Positions 41,224-51,772 of a stretch of DNA of 64,000 nucleotides are shown here, one piece after another; position 1 is the stretch's first letter; the number at the start of each line of letters is the position of its first letter. Under the pieces are notes generated by a model, which ran no database searches, was not told the DNA's origin, and saw only the letters and a program-made list of their open reading frames with translations. A program made the position numbers and the translations under genes. Origin of the DNA: a virus; the IMG/VR virus record IMGVR_UViG_3300047557_004034, positions 81,699 to 145,698 of that record, one strand, 5' to 3'.

Positions 41224-41946
41224 TTATTTTGATAAATAATCGGATAATTTTTTCATTAAATCAATAGACTGGTTTACACTTGGAGCCGAAGCAATTTTAT
41301 TCTTTTTTTCCTCCTCCAAATTTTCTTCATACTTTTCTCTCTCAGTTACGTCGTCAAAGAGGTAAGCTCCTGGTGTGGAAGGTGATGAAACCAAATCGAA
41401 ACAAATTAATTCAAAATCTTCTTGCACTTCATTTCTTTCACCTACTTTTTTTAAAGACCCTACTCCTCTTGAGGAAATTCCTAAAGTCACCCCTTGTCTT
41501 AATAGATTTGCTGCAATGTCTCCTTTGGTTGTTACTACACCTCTTTCATGAAACCCTGGTGAAGTAAGTAATTTTAGTTTACCCATTAGGATATTTCTAT
41601 CCCACCATATGTCTGTGATTAAATGCGATACTCTATCTAAGTCTATCAAAGAAGATTCAGGATGATTAAGTTCAGAAGTTGAAAGTCCTTTCTTAATTAT
41701 TTGTTTATACTTCTCGGCTTCTCTTTTGAGTATTGGTTCAGGATATGTTCTACCATTTCTATTTGGTGTATTATATTTCTGTAATACTGCATAAAATTCA
41801 AAAGGGTTTCTATAATCTACATTCTTAGACTCATTCATAAACTTGAGGTTTATATCATCCAACGGAGATATATAACCTGCGTCCATTTCAACCAAAATTC
41901 CAAACCCTTGTTCGTGTGCTTCTAATATTCTGAGTTTTTTTTCCAT
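41224..41946 (-). CDS. Prohead protease (T4 gp21-like)
   Basis: NRNGRTYP, ELNHP, VSHLI, GISSRGVGSL, FDLVSSPSTPGA. Confidence 0.95.
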   Translation of the reverse strand: MEKKLRILEAHEQGFGILVEMDAGYISPLDDINLKFMNESKNVDYRNPFEFYAVLQKYNTPNRNGRTYPEPILKREAEKYKQIIKKGLSTSELNHPESSLIDLDRVSHLITDIWWDRNILMGKLKLLTSPGFHERGVVTTKGDIAANLLRQGVTLGISSRGVGSLKKVGERNEVQEDFELICFDLVSSPSTPGAYLFDDVTEREKYEENLEEEKKNKIASAPSVNQSIDLMKKLSDYLSK

Positions 41947-41982
41947 TAACTTTTTTAAATAAATATTTGTTTTAAGTAATAC

Positions 41983-42411
41983 TTACTTTTTCGTCAAAGA
42001 AAAATCGAAATACTGATTGTCCAAGATATTAGTTTTTTGAATGCTACGAACAATTCTTTTTACAGAATCTTTGATTTCATTAGACTTAAAATCAAGTTCT
42101 TTATCCAAATAAAGATTAATTTCTAAATTGAAAAATGACTTTTTACCCGAAAAAATACCACTTGTTCTTAAGTCTAAATCTACAATTGAATTTTTACTAA
42201 ATAAATTCGTATTGATTGAATCGAATACTGTGTGTTTGAGTTCTCTACTTAAATTGCCAACAACTCTATTCCAATTTTCTAAGTCTTGTTTGGGTGAAAC
42301 CCATGATTGTATGTTAATGTAAAGTGATTTTAAGTTTTTGGAGTCTACCGTGCCATATGAAGATTTGAACGAGTTTGATAAATTCATCTTCACATTTTTT
42401 CCTTTTTTCAT
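41983..42411 (-). CDS. Hypothetical protein
   Basis: 142-aa ORF. A host-type promoter TTTG-N20-TATCTTTT lies upstream on the minus strand (42474-42443). Confidence 0.7.
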   Translation of the reverse strand: MKKGKNVKMNLSNSFKSSYGTVDSKNLKSLYINIQSWVSPKQDLENWNRVVGNLSRELKHTVFDSINTNLFSKNSIVDLDLRTSGIFSGKKSFFNLEINLYLDKELDFKSNEIKDSVKRIVRSIQKTNILDNQYFDFSLTKK

Positions 42412-42491
42412 CTATGAACCATATTTCCAAAGTTTATTTTTAAAAAGATAACATATAACTTTATCTATGTCAAAATTTTAAGAATAAACTA

Positions 42492-42499
42492 TATATTTG
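42492..42499 (+). promoter_or_regulatory. Bacteroidota sigma-A -7 element (TATATTTG) for bS21
   Basis: Exact TAnnTTTG match 6 nt before the ATG at 42506. The -33 element is not obvious. Confidence 0.55.
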
Positions 42500-42505
42500 T
42501 AATAT

Positions 42506-42691
42506 ATGTTGATAATAGAAATTAAAAATAATGGAGGGATAGAAAAAGCCCTGAAAACTTTGAAGTCCAAAGTAATTAAGACGAAGCAACAAAAATTACT
42601 CACGGAGAGAAAGGAGTATACTAAAAAGTCAGTCAAAGAAAGAAGTGAAAGACTCAAAGCGATATATGTTCAGAAAAAAAGAAACAATTAA
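42506..42691 (+). CDS. rpsU: Ribosomal protein bS21 (phage-encoded, Bacteroidota type)
   Basis: MLIIEIK..GGIEKALK.LK.K..KT....L.ERKEYTKKSV..R....KAIY; 61 aa, basic. Confidence 0.85.
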   Translation: MLIIEIKNNGGIEKALKTLKSKVIKTKQQKLLTERKEYTKKSVKERSERLKAIYVQKKRNN

Positions 42692-43392
42692 ATTGATTCT
42701 TCAAGTTTTTTCAATCTCAAAAAATTAATTTGATTGAACTTGTCATTCTGGATTTTGTCTATTGTTTCTTGAATCTTTTGTTTAGTCTCCAAATCTGTCT
42801 CGTTTTCTAAAACAGGGGAAAGTTTTTGTAAAGTTTTTTCTTTTAATGAATTGAACCTACTTTCTAAAGATTCACTATCTTCTTTGATTAATTCAAAAAA
42901 TTCCTTTTTTGTATTTTCATCTAAAGATTCAATGTAATTTTGTACTGTTTGATTAGCAACTCTAACCATCGTACTCAAAGGGATGTTGATTGGTTTCTGA
43001 TTTTTAATCTCGGATTCGCTGAGTGTTTTGTAAAGTTTTTTCTTCAAATTAACTCTTTCAGTTAAGTCTATTTTCTTATTCAAATATACTAAGTCATCAA
43101 TATCCTGATACCTATTTTGAATTTTGGTTTCGGTCATCAACTTAGGTAGTTTAATATGTTGTAGAAGTGATTGTATCATTTGTATTCCTTCGTTCACAAA
43201 TTCTTTAGCGTCTTGTTCATTCAAACCTTTTGGATTCGACAACTCGTCATATAAAGAATATACTTTGGACAAATCTTTATTATTGAGAATATTCTGTTTG
43301 AATTCCATCAAACTTTTCTTGAAAGATTTTTCATCTTTATAAGATTCTATCAAACTATTTTCTATTACCGATTTAATGAGCCCAAAAGTCAT
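42688..43392 (-). CDS. Hypothetical helical protein in head module
   Basis: 234-aa ORF directly downstream of the portal gene. Confidence 0.7.
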   Translation of the reverse strand: MTFGLIKSVIENSLIESYKDEKSFKKSLMEFKQNILNNKDLSKVYSLYDELSNPKGLNEQDAKEFVNEGIQMIQSLLQHIKLPKLMTETKIQNRYQDIDDLVYLNKKIDLTERVNLKKKLYKTLSESEIKNQKPINIPLSTMVRVANQTVQNYIESLDENTKKEFFELIKEDSESLESRFNSLKEKTLQKLSPVLENETDLETKQKIQETIDKIQNDKFNQINFLRLKKLEESI

Positions 43393-43416
43393 ATATTTGT
43401 GATTTGAATATAAATA

Positions 43417-45246
43417 TTACGAATTTAATAACTTATCTAATTCTTTTTCGATTTCACCTAAAGAATCTTGTCCTTGGTTAAGTTCAAGGTAAGTATCACC
43501 CTTGAAAATGTTATTTTCTACTAAAATATTCATTCTCTCATCTTGTCCCTCAGGTGTCACCCCAGCAGGAGCGGTAATCTCGCCTTCAGGTTGTGGTTCA
43601 GGTGCTGGTGGTATAGTTGGTTCTTCCGTTCCCGCAAATGCCCCACCTAATTCAGGTGCCGCACCTGCAGTTGCCGCGGTTGATGTATTTCCACTTGATT
43701 GTGAATACAACTTATCAATAGTGTCAAATAATCCAGTTTTACTTATTACTGTTGGTGTTTGTTTGAGTTCTTCACCAATAGCTCTTTCCAATCTTTGTTG
43801 CATCAAATCTACTTTGATTTCTTCGTCAGACCAACCAAATATATGTTTTTTTGCCCATGTACTAGATGTTGGCTGAATTCCATTTCCTGGGTCTAAAACC
43901 AAGTCTTTATACAAAAGAACTTTTTCTTTCCAAACATCTATCTTTAATAAATCAGCTTGTGTAGAAGGATTAGTCAATCCAAGTGTAAAATTAGAAATTT
44001 CATCTTCGAACCCCAAAAGAAACAAATGAATGATTGCAATCTTGTTCAATTCCTGAATCATGCATTTTTGAATTCTGTTGATTGTTCTTGCAAAACGAAT
44101 GTCTTGAAGTGACAAGTTTTTACCATCACCCACTACTTGTTCAAATCCCAAGAAAGCCTTTGGAACACGAAGAGCTGTCAAAAGTTTTTTCTGAATATAT
44201 TCAATATCGGCAATTTCTGACAGGTTTTGTGCACCAGCCAAAGTTTCAATTGGACTTGGGGATGCAGGGTCTCTTACAGGGACAAAATAATCTTGGTCTA
44301 CCGCCATTTGATTAAACCTTAAATCTACGTTACCTGTTTTGGAATCAACGATTTGTTGTCTTTTGAATTTATCAGCAACACGATTTACATATGCCTCAAC
44401 ATCATTATCATCCATATTTCCCACAAAAATCTTAAAAATTCTTCTTTCAGGTGCTCGTGATGTTCTATAAATCATCATTGCGTCTTCAGATAAAAGCAGT
44501 TGTTTCCAAATTCTCCTAGCCTTCTCTAACATCGATGTTCCGTAGGGAAGTTTCCTATCATCACCAAGTAATCTAAAGTGACCAACTTCCCACGTTTGAA
44601 AAACCATATTTTTAGATTTCCATTCAAAAGTCAAAGCTTTCTTTGCTTCGGACTTTCCTAAATTGACAGCATTTTTATCGGTAACCCCGATTTCATGTCT
44701 TTCAATTTCTATGTTTGGTAATTGTTGACATCCTACAATACCCTTTTCAGGGTCTAATTTAAGATAAATAAAATTATCACCGAACTTACAAGTATTTCTT
44801 GTCCACATCGGTAAATTTGTGTTGATATCGAGTGTATTATTGAACAAATCTGCCAAAACCGCTTTTATTCTTTTCGATTCAGAATAAATTTGTAACATAA
44901 ACCCATCTTCATTTACCGTAGTAGATTCCTCGGCATATATGTCCAAAGCCGCAGATATTTCTGGCGTATACTCCATGGACTCATAATCATACGTAGCCGA
45001 AAGTCTTGAAGGTTCGTAAAATATTGCTTGAGTATATAGATTGTTTTCAACTTTAGCCCATTGATTTGCAATATAATAAGTTTGTTGAGCTTGTAGTTTT
45101 TCTCTTTCGTATTCTCCTCTATCTTGTGTTCTTAATAATTCTTTTTTGTCGAATTTAAAAGTTGGGTAATCCTGGCCCAAAAGAGAATTTGGACCAAACG
45201 CTTTACCTAATCTTTGCCAAATCGTCAGATTGTTATTTTCCGCCAT
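43417..45246 (-). CDS. Portal protein (T4 gp20-like)
   Basis: M...PEISAALDIYAEE, YG.SMLE.AR..WKQL.L.EDAMMIYR.SRAPERRIF.I.VGN, I.DIEY.QKKL..AL.VP. Confidence 0.95.
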   Translation of the reverse strand: MAENNNLTIWQRLGKAFGPNSLLGQDYPTFKFDKKELLRTQDRGEYEREKLQAQQTYYIANQWAKVENNLYTQAIFYEPSRLSATYDYESMEYTPEISAALDIYAEESTTVNEDGFMLQIYSESKRIKAVLADLFNNTLDINTNLPMWTRNTCKFGDNFIYLKLDPEKGIVGCQQLPNIEIERHEIGVTDKNAVNLGKSEAKKALTFEWKSKNMVFQTWEVGHFRLLGDDRKLPYGTSMLEKARRIWKQLLLSEDAMMIYRTSRAPERRIFKIFVGNMDDNDVEAYVNRVADKFKRQQIVDSKTGNVDLRFNQMAVDQDYFVPVRDPASPSPIETLAGAQNLSEIADIEYIQKKLLTALRVPKAFLGFEQVVGDGKNLSLQDIRFARTINRIQKCMIQELNKIAIIHLFLLGFEDEISNFTLGLTNPSTQADLLKIDVWKEKVLLYKDLVLDPGNGIQPTSSTWAKKHIFGWSDEEIKVDLMQQRLERAIGEELKQTPTVISKTGLFDTIDKLYSQSSGNTSTAATAGAAPELGGAFAGTEEPTIPPAPEPQPEGEITAPAGVTPEGQDERMNILVENNIFKGDTYLELNQGQDSLGEIEKELDKLLNS

Positions 45247-45286
45247 TTTACAATTTTAGTTTTACCTATTGATAATATAAATAGTT

Positions 45287-47044
45287 CTAATTAGTAAACA
45301 ACCATCTATATTTCTCATAGTCATCTCTCGACGGTCCTTGGTTTGGAAAATGTTGTCTTTTTTGGTCTGTTTGAGGCATCATTGGATTGAAAAATTGTGA
45401 TGAGTTTTTGTTCTCATTTATCGAAGTTGCCCAAGAATCAATCATTGCCTTTGTATGATTCAAATTTTTTGTAAGTTTTTGAAAAGATTTTTCTGCAACA
45501 TATGTTGCCATAGATATGCCCATAATACAATCGTCATGATGTCCCTTTTGATGGTCAGGTCTTCCATTAATATAAACAAAAGTATTCATTTCGTTATATA
45601 ATCTGTGAGACCTAACTTTAAATCCATGTCGAACATTTTCTTCGAATGACGCAATAATTTGTACTCTTTTACTATTGAAATTTATTCCAGGAATTTTCTC
45701 ATTTATCTTTGGGTCCCATTTCCACTTGTTTGCGGTATCCACCGTATCAACATACAGTCCTTTGTAGTTCAATTCTTGTAATTTTCTTGCCGTTGCCACT
45801 CCCATACCACCTGTAAGGTCAACAACACAAAATGCGTCATACATGGTTCCCCACTTATACGCTATTTCAGCAACAACATCTGGTGGTACTTTAGCAACGT
45901 ATTCTAAAACTTGTTCATTCTCATCAAAATCGATAATTTCTATACAAGAAAAATCTTCTGAGTCCCCTCTCGATACATCTACACCCATAATGTACTTGTG
46001 TCCGACAACAGGTTCTTTCCAAATCCATAGAGCTCCACCCATCAGTTTAGCTCCGGGTTCTTGGAGTGTATTTTGTGCAATATTTTGAAGTATTTCAGAT
46101 TCAAAGACGTTATCACCTGAACCCAAAAAGTTACACTCTAATTCCTGAGCAACTTTTCTTCTATCATACTTCAATTTTTTTACCATCCCCTCAAACCAAG
46201 AAGAACATGGTTTATATCCTTGTTTAATGTAATCTGTGACAACAGAATGGTCACGTTCATAAGGGTTTGCAACTGAAAGACTTATGACAGCATCTGTTGA
46301 ATATTCTTCTTTGTTTAGTAAAAAATGAACCAAATCATTCGTTTTGACCATGTACAAATCTTTTGTATACCTTGGGTCACGATACCAAAACATCTCAGAT
46401 ATTTTGAAATCGTTCATACTTCTCAAGGCTTGGTCATATATTTCATAGTAAATCGGGTCATACCCGTTTGGTGTAGAAACAACAATAACTTTACCACCTG
46501 TAGAAAGTGATGCCATACATGCCGACCAAAAATCACCGTCAGCGTCTATGAACGCAGCTTCATCAAAAATAAGAATTGTTGGAGTATAACCTCTTAAAGC
46601 ATCCTTTGATGTTGCGACCGCTTTTACCTCACAATCATTTGTTAGTTTGAAATGTCTTTGAGAATTTTTTTCTTGTGAAAAACCAACACCAACCCAATTA
46701 GGCCACTGTTCTGTAAATGACCTAATTTTGTTAGCCATTTCCATAGAAGTATCCAACTTGTTTGCAATTATGAGAACCTTTTCAGGTTTTTGTTTTTTTG
46801 CAAAAACTAATTTTTTTGATGCCCAAGCAGCAGTAACTGTAGAAACGCCTGCCTGTCTATATTTGAGGGCAATGTTTTCGTTAAAATTTTCGTAGTCTTC
46901 TATTAATGAAACTTGGTCAGGAAATAAATCTAAAGGGACATACTTAGAAACCGTGTTATCATAGGTTTGTAAGTATGTCCTTAATGCGTATGGCGTATTT
47001 CTGATACATTTAGTAACCTCAATAATTAATTGTTCTTTGGTCAC
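45287..47044 (-). CDS. Terminase large subunit (T4 gp17-like)
   Basis: Walker A KYRQAGVST, Walker B ILIFDEAAF, motif III VSTPNG, QELEC.F, nuclease GVDVSRG and HDDCIM. Confidence 0.95.
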   Translation of the reverse strand: MTKEQLIIEVTKCIRNTPYALRTYLQTYDNTVSKYVPLDLFPDQVSLIEDYENFNENIALKYRQAGVSTVTAAWASKKLVFAKKQKPEKVLIIANKLDTSMEMANKIRSFTEQWPNWVGVGFSQEKNSQRHFKLTNDCEVKAVATSKDALRGYTPTILIFDEAAFIDADGDFWSACMASLSTGGKVIVVSTPNGYDPIYYEIYDQALRSMNDFKISEMFWYRDPRYTKDLYMVKTNDLVHFLLNKEEYSTDAVISLSVANPYERDHSVVTDYIKQGYKPCSSWFEGMVKKLKYDRRKVAQELECNFLGSGDNVFESEILQNIAQNTLQEPGAKLMGGALWIWKEPVVGHKYIMGVDVSRGDSEDFSCIEIIDFDENEQVLEYVAKVPPDVVAEIAYKWGTMYDAFCVVDLTGGMGVATARKLQELNYKGLYVDTVDTANKWKWDPKINEKIPGINFNSKRVQIIASFEENVRHGFKVRSHRLYNEMNTFVYINGRPDHQKGHHDDCIMGISMATYVAEKSFQKLTKNLNHTKAMIDSWATSINENKNSSQFFNPMMPQTDQKRQHFPNQGPSRDDYEKYRWLFTN

Positions 47045-47053
47045 AATTTTTTT

Positions 47054-48358
47054 TTAAGTTAGGGATATTCCCAATCCACCCAAGAAATCTTTTAAGTCGT
47101 CATCGTCAACGTCATCAGAGTTAGGTTCTTCTCCCTTACTTTTTTTATAAGAATCATACTCTTCTTTCATTTTCATAGCCTCTTTCATCAACTCTTCAAA
47201 TCTTCTTGTGGCTTTTTTATTTTTTGATTCATCAGCAGAAATTACGTCACCAATTAAATTCAAGAATTCCTTAGCATTTATTTTGTATAATTCTACCTTG
47301 AACCAATTTATTAATCCTTTATTTGAATCATTGAACATCTCATCAGGTAACACCATTCTAAGTTTTTCAACTATTTCTGGACCTATCCTGAGTTGCATTG
47401 GTTCGTTCGATAATAAATCTGTCTGACCCATTACTTTTTGTGCCAACTCGGTATCTTGAGGTAAACCATGTCTTCCTGCAGACTCTTCAATACCTTTGAT
47501 AATCTCATGACAAAGAATAGGGAAAATTAAACCATCTGCAACAATTTTTGTATCAGGTTTTTCCTCACCTTCATCACCACCGCCTTCTTCATCATCTGAA
47601 TCATTGTCTTGTAGTTCAACTTTACCAGCAACACCATTTCCAGTTTGGCTCATCATTTCAATCATTTGTTCCATAGTGAAATAAAGGAAATCATTGATTG
47701 CCATAATACCCAAATAAGCAGGATATAATCTTGTATCAATTCTATCTAATTCTGCTCTTATTTCAGGTTTTTGAAATATATAATGACCTTTTTTAGCTGC
47801 TCCTTGGATGATGGCATTTATTATATTTCTTTTGTGTTTTTCTAATTCAAATATTTCTTCGTCTGTCAAATCCTCAACCTCAAATGAAGGAATTTGTAAT
47901 TTATTTTCTTCATCATCATCTTCATCTTCCTTTTCTTCTTCAGGTTGGTATCTGAAGTTAGAAACATCAATTGGTTGCCTATTCAACCTTGCAACTATCT
48001 CATACCAATCACTTGGGACTTCAGTTTCTTCTAAACACGCCTCTATCGCCAAGTTTTCCAATTCTTCCCTATGTCTGCCCTCAATTTGCATTATCGTTGG
48101 TACTTTAGACATCATCTCTCTATAAATCATTGCTTGGACCTGTTGCGAACTAATATTTTGATTTCCTGTAACCTCTTTCAACTTATCAGCAACTTTACCA
48201 AATCTTGAACTTACTAATCTTTGTACATCATCGGAACCCTTTTTGAATGAAGGATTGTCCGAATAAATGTTTTCACCTGACCTCAACTTTCTTTCTAAAT
48301 TAGGGTCCATTCTTTCAGGTCTATTTCCGTAATCTATTTGTTCTTTTATTTTAGCCAT
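47054..48358 (-). CDS. Hypothetical acidic protein
   Basis: 434-aa ORF; no confident family. Confidence 0.7.
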   Translation of the reverse strand: MAKIKEQIDYGNRPERMDPNLERKLRSGENIYSDNPSFKKGSDDVQRLVSSRFGKVADKLKEVTGNQNISSQQVQAMIYREMMSKVPTIMQIEGRHREELENLAIEACLEETEVPSDWYEIVARLNRQPIDVSNFRYQPEEEKEDEDDDEENKLQIPSFEVEDLTDEEIFELEKHKRNIINAIIQGAAKKGHYIFQKPEIRAELDRIDTRLYPAYLGIMAINDFLYFTMEQMIEMMSQTGNGVAGKVELQDNDSDDEEGGGDEGEEKPDTKIVADGLIFPILCHEIIKGIEESAGRHGLPQDTELAQKVMGQTDLLSNEPMQLRIGPEIVEKLRMVLPDEMFNDSNKGLINWFKVELYKINAKEFLNLIGDVISADESKNKKATRRFEELMKEAMKMKEEYDSYKKSKGEEPNSDDVDDDDLKDFLGGLGISLT

Positions 48359-49178
48359 TTTTCAAAATTTTTACTATAGCATCTATCACTGCAGATTTAG
48401 CTTCCTCAGGATTTTTAGCCTTTGGAGCAGGATTAACTTTTGGATTAGGATTTCTGCCTGGGTGACCAGGTTTTATTTTTGGTGGATTTTTGGTGCCAGG
48501 TTTGGGTTCCTTAACACCTGGTTTTGGCGCGACTTTTGGTTCCGCTTCAACCAAATAGTTCATCAAATCCTTCTTTGTAATTTTAGGTGGTAAGTGAGAT
48601 TCTACAAGTTTCATAATTTTTTCCTCCAAGAACAAAGATACGGGATTTTTTCCTTCTCCTAATTGTTTTTTTACTTGCTTAACACATCTTTCCCATTTTC
48701 TCGATTTTTTTGGTCCCACTTGAGAATGACAAATAGCCCATGCATTATTTTCTTTTTTTGATTCTGTCATACCAACAGAACTCAAATTTTTGTTTTTCTC
48801 GTTAGTATCGTCATCCATACCATCATTAGCTTCGTCGCTTTGGTCTTCGGGTGGCAATTGACCATTAACTTTTTGAGTCAAATCTTGTTGTACCAAATCA
48901 TCATCGTCATCTTCATTTACTTCTTCAGTTGGAGTAGCCTTAATTCCTGTTGCTGTTTTTTGTATTGATAACTTTTTTCCTGCTTCCGTGGGTGGTAATG
49001 TTACACCTTTCTCGGCATCTGCCGTCGGAATATTATAAGAAGTTGTTGTTGTTTGTGTAATCGCTTCTCCTAATAATTTTGAATGTAAAATAGAAATTTG
49101 CCCTTCATTAAGTTTTGAAACTGTTTTGGAGGACAACCCTTTTTCAATTAGTTCTAAGGCTTTTTTATTAACTTTCAT
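48351..49178 (-). CDS. Hypothetical modular protein (acidic, Cys-pair and Pro/Lys-rich segments)
   Basis: ATG at 49178 preferred. Contains the module NAWAICHSQVG...KWERCV. Confidence 0.65.
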   Translation of the reverse strand: MKVNKKALELIEKGLSSKTVSKLNEGQISILHSKLLGEAITQTTTTSYNIPTADAEKGVTLPPTEAGKKLSIQKTATGIKATPTEEVNEDDDDDLVQQDLTQKVNGQLPPEDQSDEANDGMDDDTNEKNKNLSSVGMTESKKENNAWAICHSQVGPKKSRKWERCVKQVKKQLGEGKNPVSLFLEEKIMKLVESHLPPKITKKDLMNYLVEAEPKVAPKPGVKEPKPGTKNPPKIKPGHPGRNPNPKVNPAPKAKNPEEAKSAVIDAIVKILKNG

Positions 49179-49563
49179 ATACAACCTTTTTTTCAAACTC
49201 GAGAATTAAATCATTCTCGTATAATTTATCTTTGATATCTTTTTCGGTTTCTCCGAAACGAAACACTAGTCTTTTTTTGTGAGTTTCATCTTCCTTTTCC
49301 CAAGCCATTGCAACAACATCGTCCATTGCATCGACCATCGAAAAATAATCGGAGTTCTGAATCAACTCCAATTTTAACTCGGTGTTTTTCAGAACTCCTA
49401 CTCTTTTAATATATTTCAACTCAGGTGGATGTGGATATGAATTTGATGGTTTACTTTCCCAAGATTCTCCCCAAACATCCGTAGTATCAGAAAAAATAAA
49501 TTCGTATAAATTATCTCCTTTATAATCAGGACCAAGTCCATTTATAAAAATTAAATAACTCAT
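49168..49563 (-). CDS. Hypothetical protein
   Basis: 131-aa ORF overlapping both neighbours. Confidence 0.7.
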   Translation of the reverse strand: MSYLIFINGLGPDYKGDNLYEFIFSDTTDVWGESWESKPSNSYPHPPELKYIKRVGVLKNTELKLELIQNSDYFSMVDAMDDVVAMAWEKEDETHKKRLVFRFGETEKDIKDKLYENDLILEFEKKVVYES

Positions 49564-50789
49564 ATAACAAATCCCTCAGGAGAAATTTTCACTTGTCCTG
49601 ATTTATTTTCAAATACTAAGTTTTTCTTGTTAGTTTTACCTAAGAAAATATATGATTTATTTTCTTGTAAAAATTTTTTAGAAGAAAGTTCTTGTTCTAT
49701 TGTTTCACTTAAGTTCTCAATTGATTTAACTTTCTTGGCAAACTCAGATTTTCTTTTAATTTCTTCATTTACCATCTTTTCTTTTTTGTCTTTCTTTTCA
49801 GAATCAGACATTTCGAAATACTTTGAAATAACCTTGTCGATTTTTGATTCACTGAAGATACTATCTAAAATTGTATCATGAATAGATGATTCACCCATTT
49901 CTTGGTCGACTGCAACATCCATATCTGCTTGTACATCTTCTACTTCAGAATCTCCCGTGATATCTTCTGAACCCATATCTTCCATGTCCATATCCATTTC
50001 ATCACTTTCCTCATCACTTTCAAACTTAGAAAGAACGTCTTCTTTATCTTCATCACTGAGTTGGTTCAAATCAACAGCAGAAATTACCATGTTCAAAACA
50101 TATTTGATATTTTCCGAAGTCAAACCTTTTTCTTGTTCATACTCTCTGATTTTCTGAGTTAACTTTCCTGTCAATTTTTGAATTGATTTAAAAGTTATAA
50201 TATCAGCGTTCTCAGACCCTTGACCCATATCATCCGCAGGCATTTCTTCAGCACTCATGTCATCTGCCGGCATTTCTTCTGCCGGTAAACCAGCATCATC
50301 AGATGGTGGTAAAGCTTCGGGTGAATCTGGAAGTTGTGGTTCAGGAACTGCAGGTGGTTCCGCTGGTGGGGCCGCTGGCTCATCCATCATCGGTTCATCC
50401 ATTGCTGGTTGTGGTGTTTTCAAAACAAACTTTTTTTGTTCACCAAAAAGACTAATCTCTTCATCCTGTCCGTTCAATCTATTTGATTCTTTGATAATTA
50501 AGTTTAGTCTTTTCAGAGCTTGAGAATATGAATTATAATATTTTCTATTTCTCATCGGTTCAATATAATCAACCTCTGATTCTGAAATATTTTTTTTGAT
50601 AACATATCCCATTTTCTCCTTAACAATTTGATACTCATTACCATCAGATACATTTATTGAATATTCTGTAGTACTGAAAGTATTTGTTTCTGATTTAGGA
50701 ACTTCATTATATCTGGCAATCTCCATAATTCTGTTCAACTTCTCTTGTCCAGTCAATTTTTCACTTCCTAACGGTTTTAATTTTCCCAT
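49560..50789 (-). CDS. Hypothetical acidic/Pro-rich protein, possible inner-core protein
   Basis: 409-aa ORF with short internal repeats (AEEMPADDM x2). Confidence 0.65.
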   Translation of the reverse strand: MGKLKPLGSEKLTGQEKLNRIMEIARYNEVPKSETNTFSTTEYSINVSDGNEYQIVKEKMGYVIKKNISESEVDYIEPMRNRKYYNSYSQALKRLNLIIKESNRLNGQDEEISLFGEQKKFVLKTPQPAMDEPMMDEPAAPPAEPPAVPEPQLPDSPEALPPSDDAGLPAEEMPADDMSAEEMPADDMGQGSENADIITFKSIQKLTGKLTQKIREYEQEKGLTSENIKYVLNMVISAVDLNQLSDEDKEDVLSKFESDEESDEMDMDMEDMGSEDITGDSEVEDVQADMDVAVDQEMGESSIHDTILDSIFSESKIDKVISKYFEMSDSEKKDKKEKMVNEEIKRKSEFAKKVKSIENLSETIEQELSSKKFLQENKSYIFLGKTNKKNLVFENKSGQVKISPEGFVI

Positions 50790-50814
50790 TTTATAGTGTT
50801 ATTTTTTTTTATTT

Positions 50815-51723
50815 TTAGTTATTTAATCCGTTAAATCCTCCCAATTTTACCGCACTTAAATCAATTACCCAACCTCTTGTTCCTTCAACATAAGCTTGAG
50901 GATGTGGAACATCTCCCAAACTCGCATCCCATGTACCACCGCTAAAACTACCTTCCATCTGATTTGTATATTCATACTGTACGTTAACGTAGGTTGTACC
51001 TATACTAGTTTGGGATGGGGTTATCGTTGGTGTTGGTGTGGGTGATGATGTTTTGGTTGGAGTAATACTTGGTGTTATTGTGGGTGTGGCAGTTCTTGTC
51101 GGTGTTATTGTGGGTGTGGCAGTTCTTGTCGGTGTTATTGTGGGTGTGGCAGTTATCGTTGGTGTTACTGTTCTTGTTGGAGTGATACTTGGTGTAATTG
51201 TAGGTGTTGCAGTTATTGTAGGTGTCACTGTTCTTGTTGGTGTTATACTTGGTGTAGGGGTAAGTGTTCTTGTTGGTGTTATACTTGGTGTAGGGGTAAG
51301 TGTTCTTGTTGGTGTTATACTTGGTGTTATACTTGGTGTAGGAGTTACTGTTCTTGTTGGAGTTATACTCGGTGTTGGTGTGCGAGTTGTAGTTACAGTG
51401 GGTGTTGGAGTTCTTGTTGTCGTAGGAGTAACCGTAGGAGTTACTGTCGGAGTTATTGTTGGAGTAGGAGTAGGAGTAGGTGTTGGATTTGCACTCAAAC
51501 ATGTTTGACAGTCTCCATAATTAGTACCCAAAGGACCTGAAACTTGGTCAACACCTGTTGCAGGTTCTGCTGAATCCACAATTTCATAACAACCCCTAGC
51601 AGTTGCACCTGTGAAAATAAGATAATAATTCCCCCCAACCACAGGTAACGTGGTTGAACTGAATTCAACATTCAATGCTGACCCTCCAGCACACGGGGCT
51701 ACGAGATATGTGACTAAAGCCAT
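50815..51723 (-). CDS. Mucin-like Pro/Thr-rich protein
   Basis: About 155 residues of TPT/SIT/RTV repeats between a Cys-containing N-domain (YGDCQTC) and a short C-domain. Confidence 0.75.
   Translation of the reverse strand: MALVTYLVAPCAGGSALNVEFSSTTLPVVGGNYYLIFTGATARGCYEIVDSAEPATGVDQVSGPLGTNYGDCQTCLSANPTPTPTPTPTITPTVTPTVTPTTTRTPTPTVTTTRTPTPSITPTRTVTPTPSITPSITPTRTLTPTPSITPTRTLTPTPSITPTRTVTPTITATPTITPSITPTRTVTPTITATPTITPTRTATPTITPTRTATPTITPSITPTKTSSPTPTPTITPSQTSIGTTYVNVQYEYTNQMEGSFSGGTWDASLGDVPHPQAYVEGTRGWVIDLSAVKLGGFNGLNN
51010..51486 (-). repeat. Coding tandem repeats (30- and 36-bp units) of the Pro/Thr tract
   Basis: ggtgttattgtgggtgtggcagttcttgtc x~2.7 and gttcttgttggtgttatacttggtgtaggggtaagt x2. 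Confidence 0.85.
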
Positions 51724-51772
51724 TTAATTTTTTCTTTATAAATATACGAAACCACGAAATAAGTAGAAAATA

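Noticed and set aside
37480-47044. Inteins or introns in capsid, portal or terminase genes
   Set aside because: The ORFs are uninterrupted and I see no C...HN/[CST] splice junctions or homing-endonuclease motifs.
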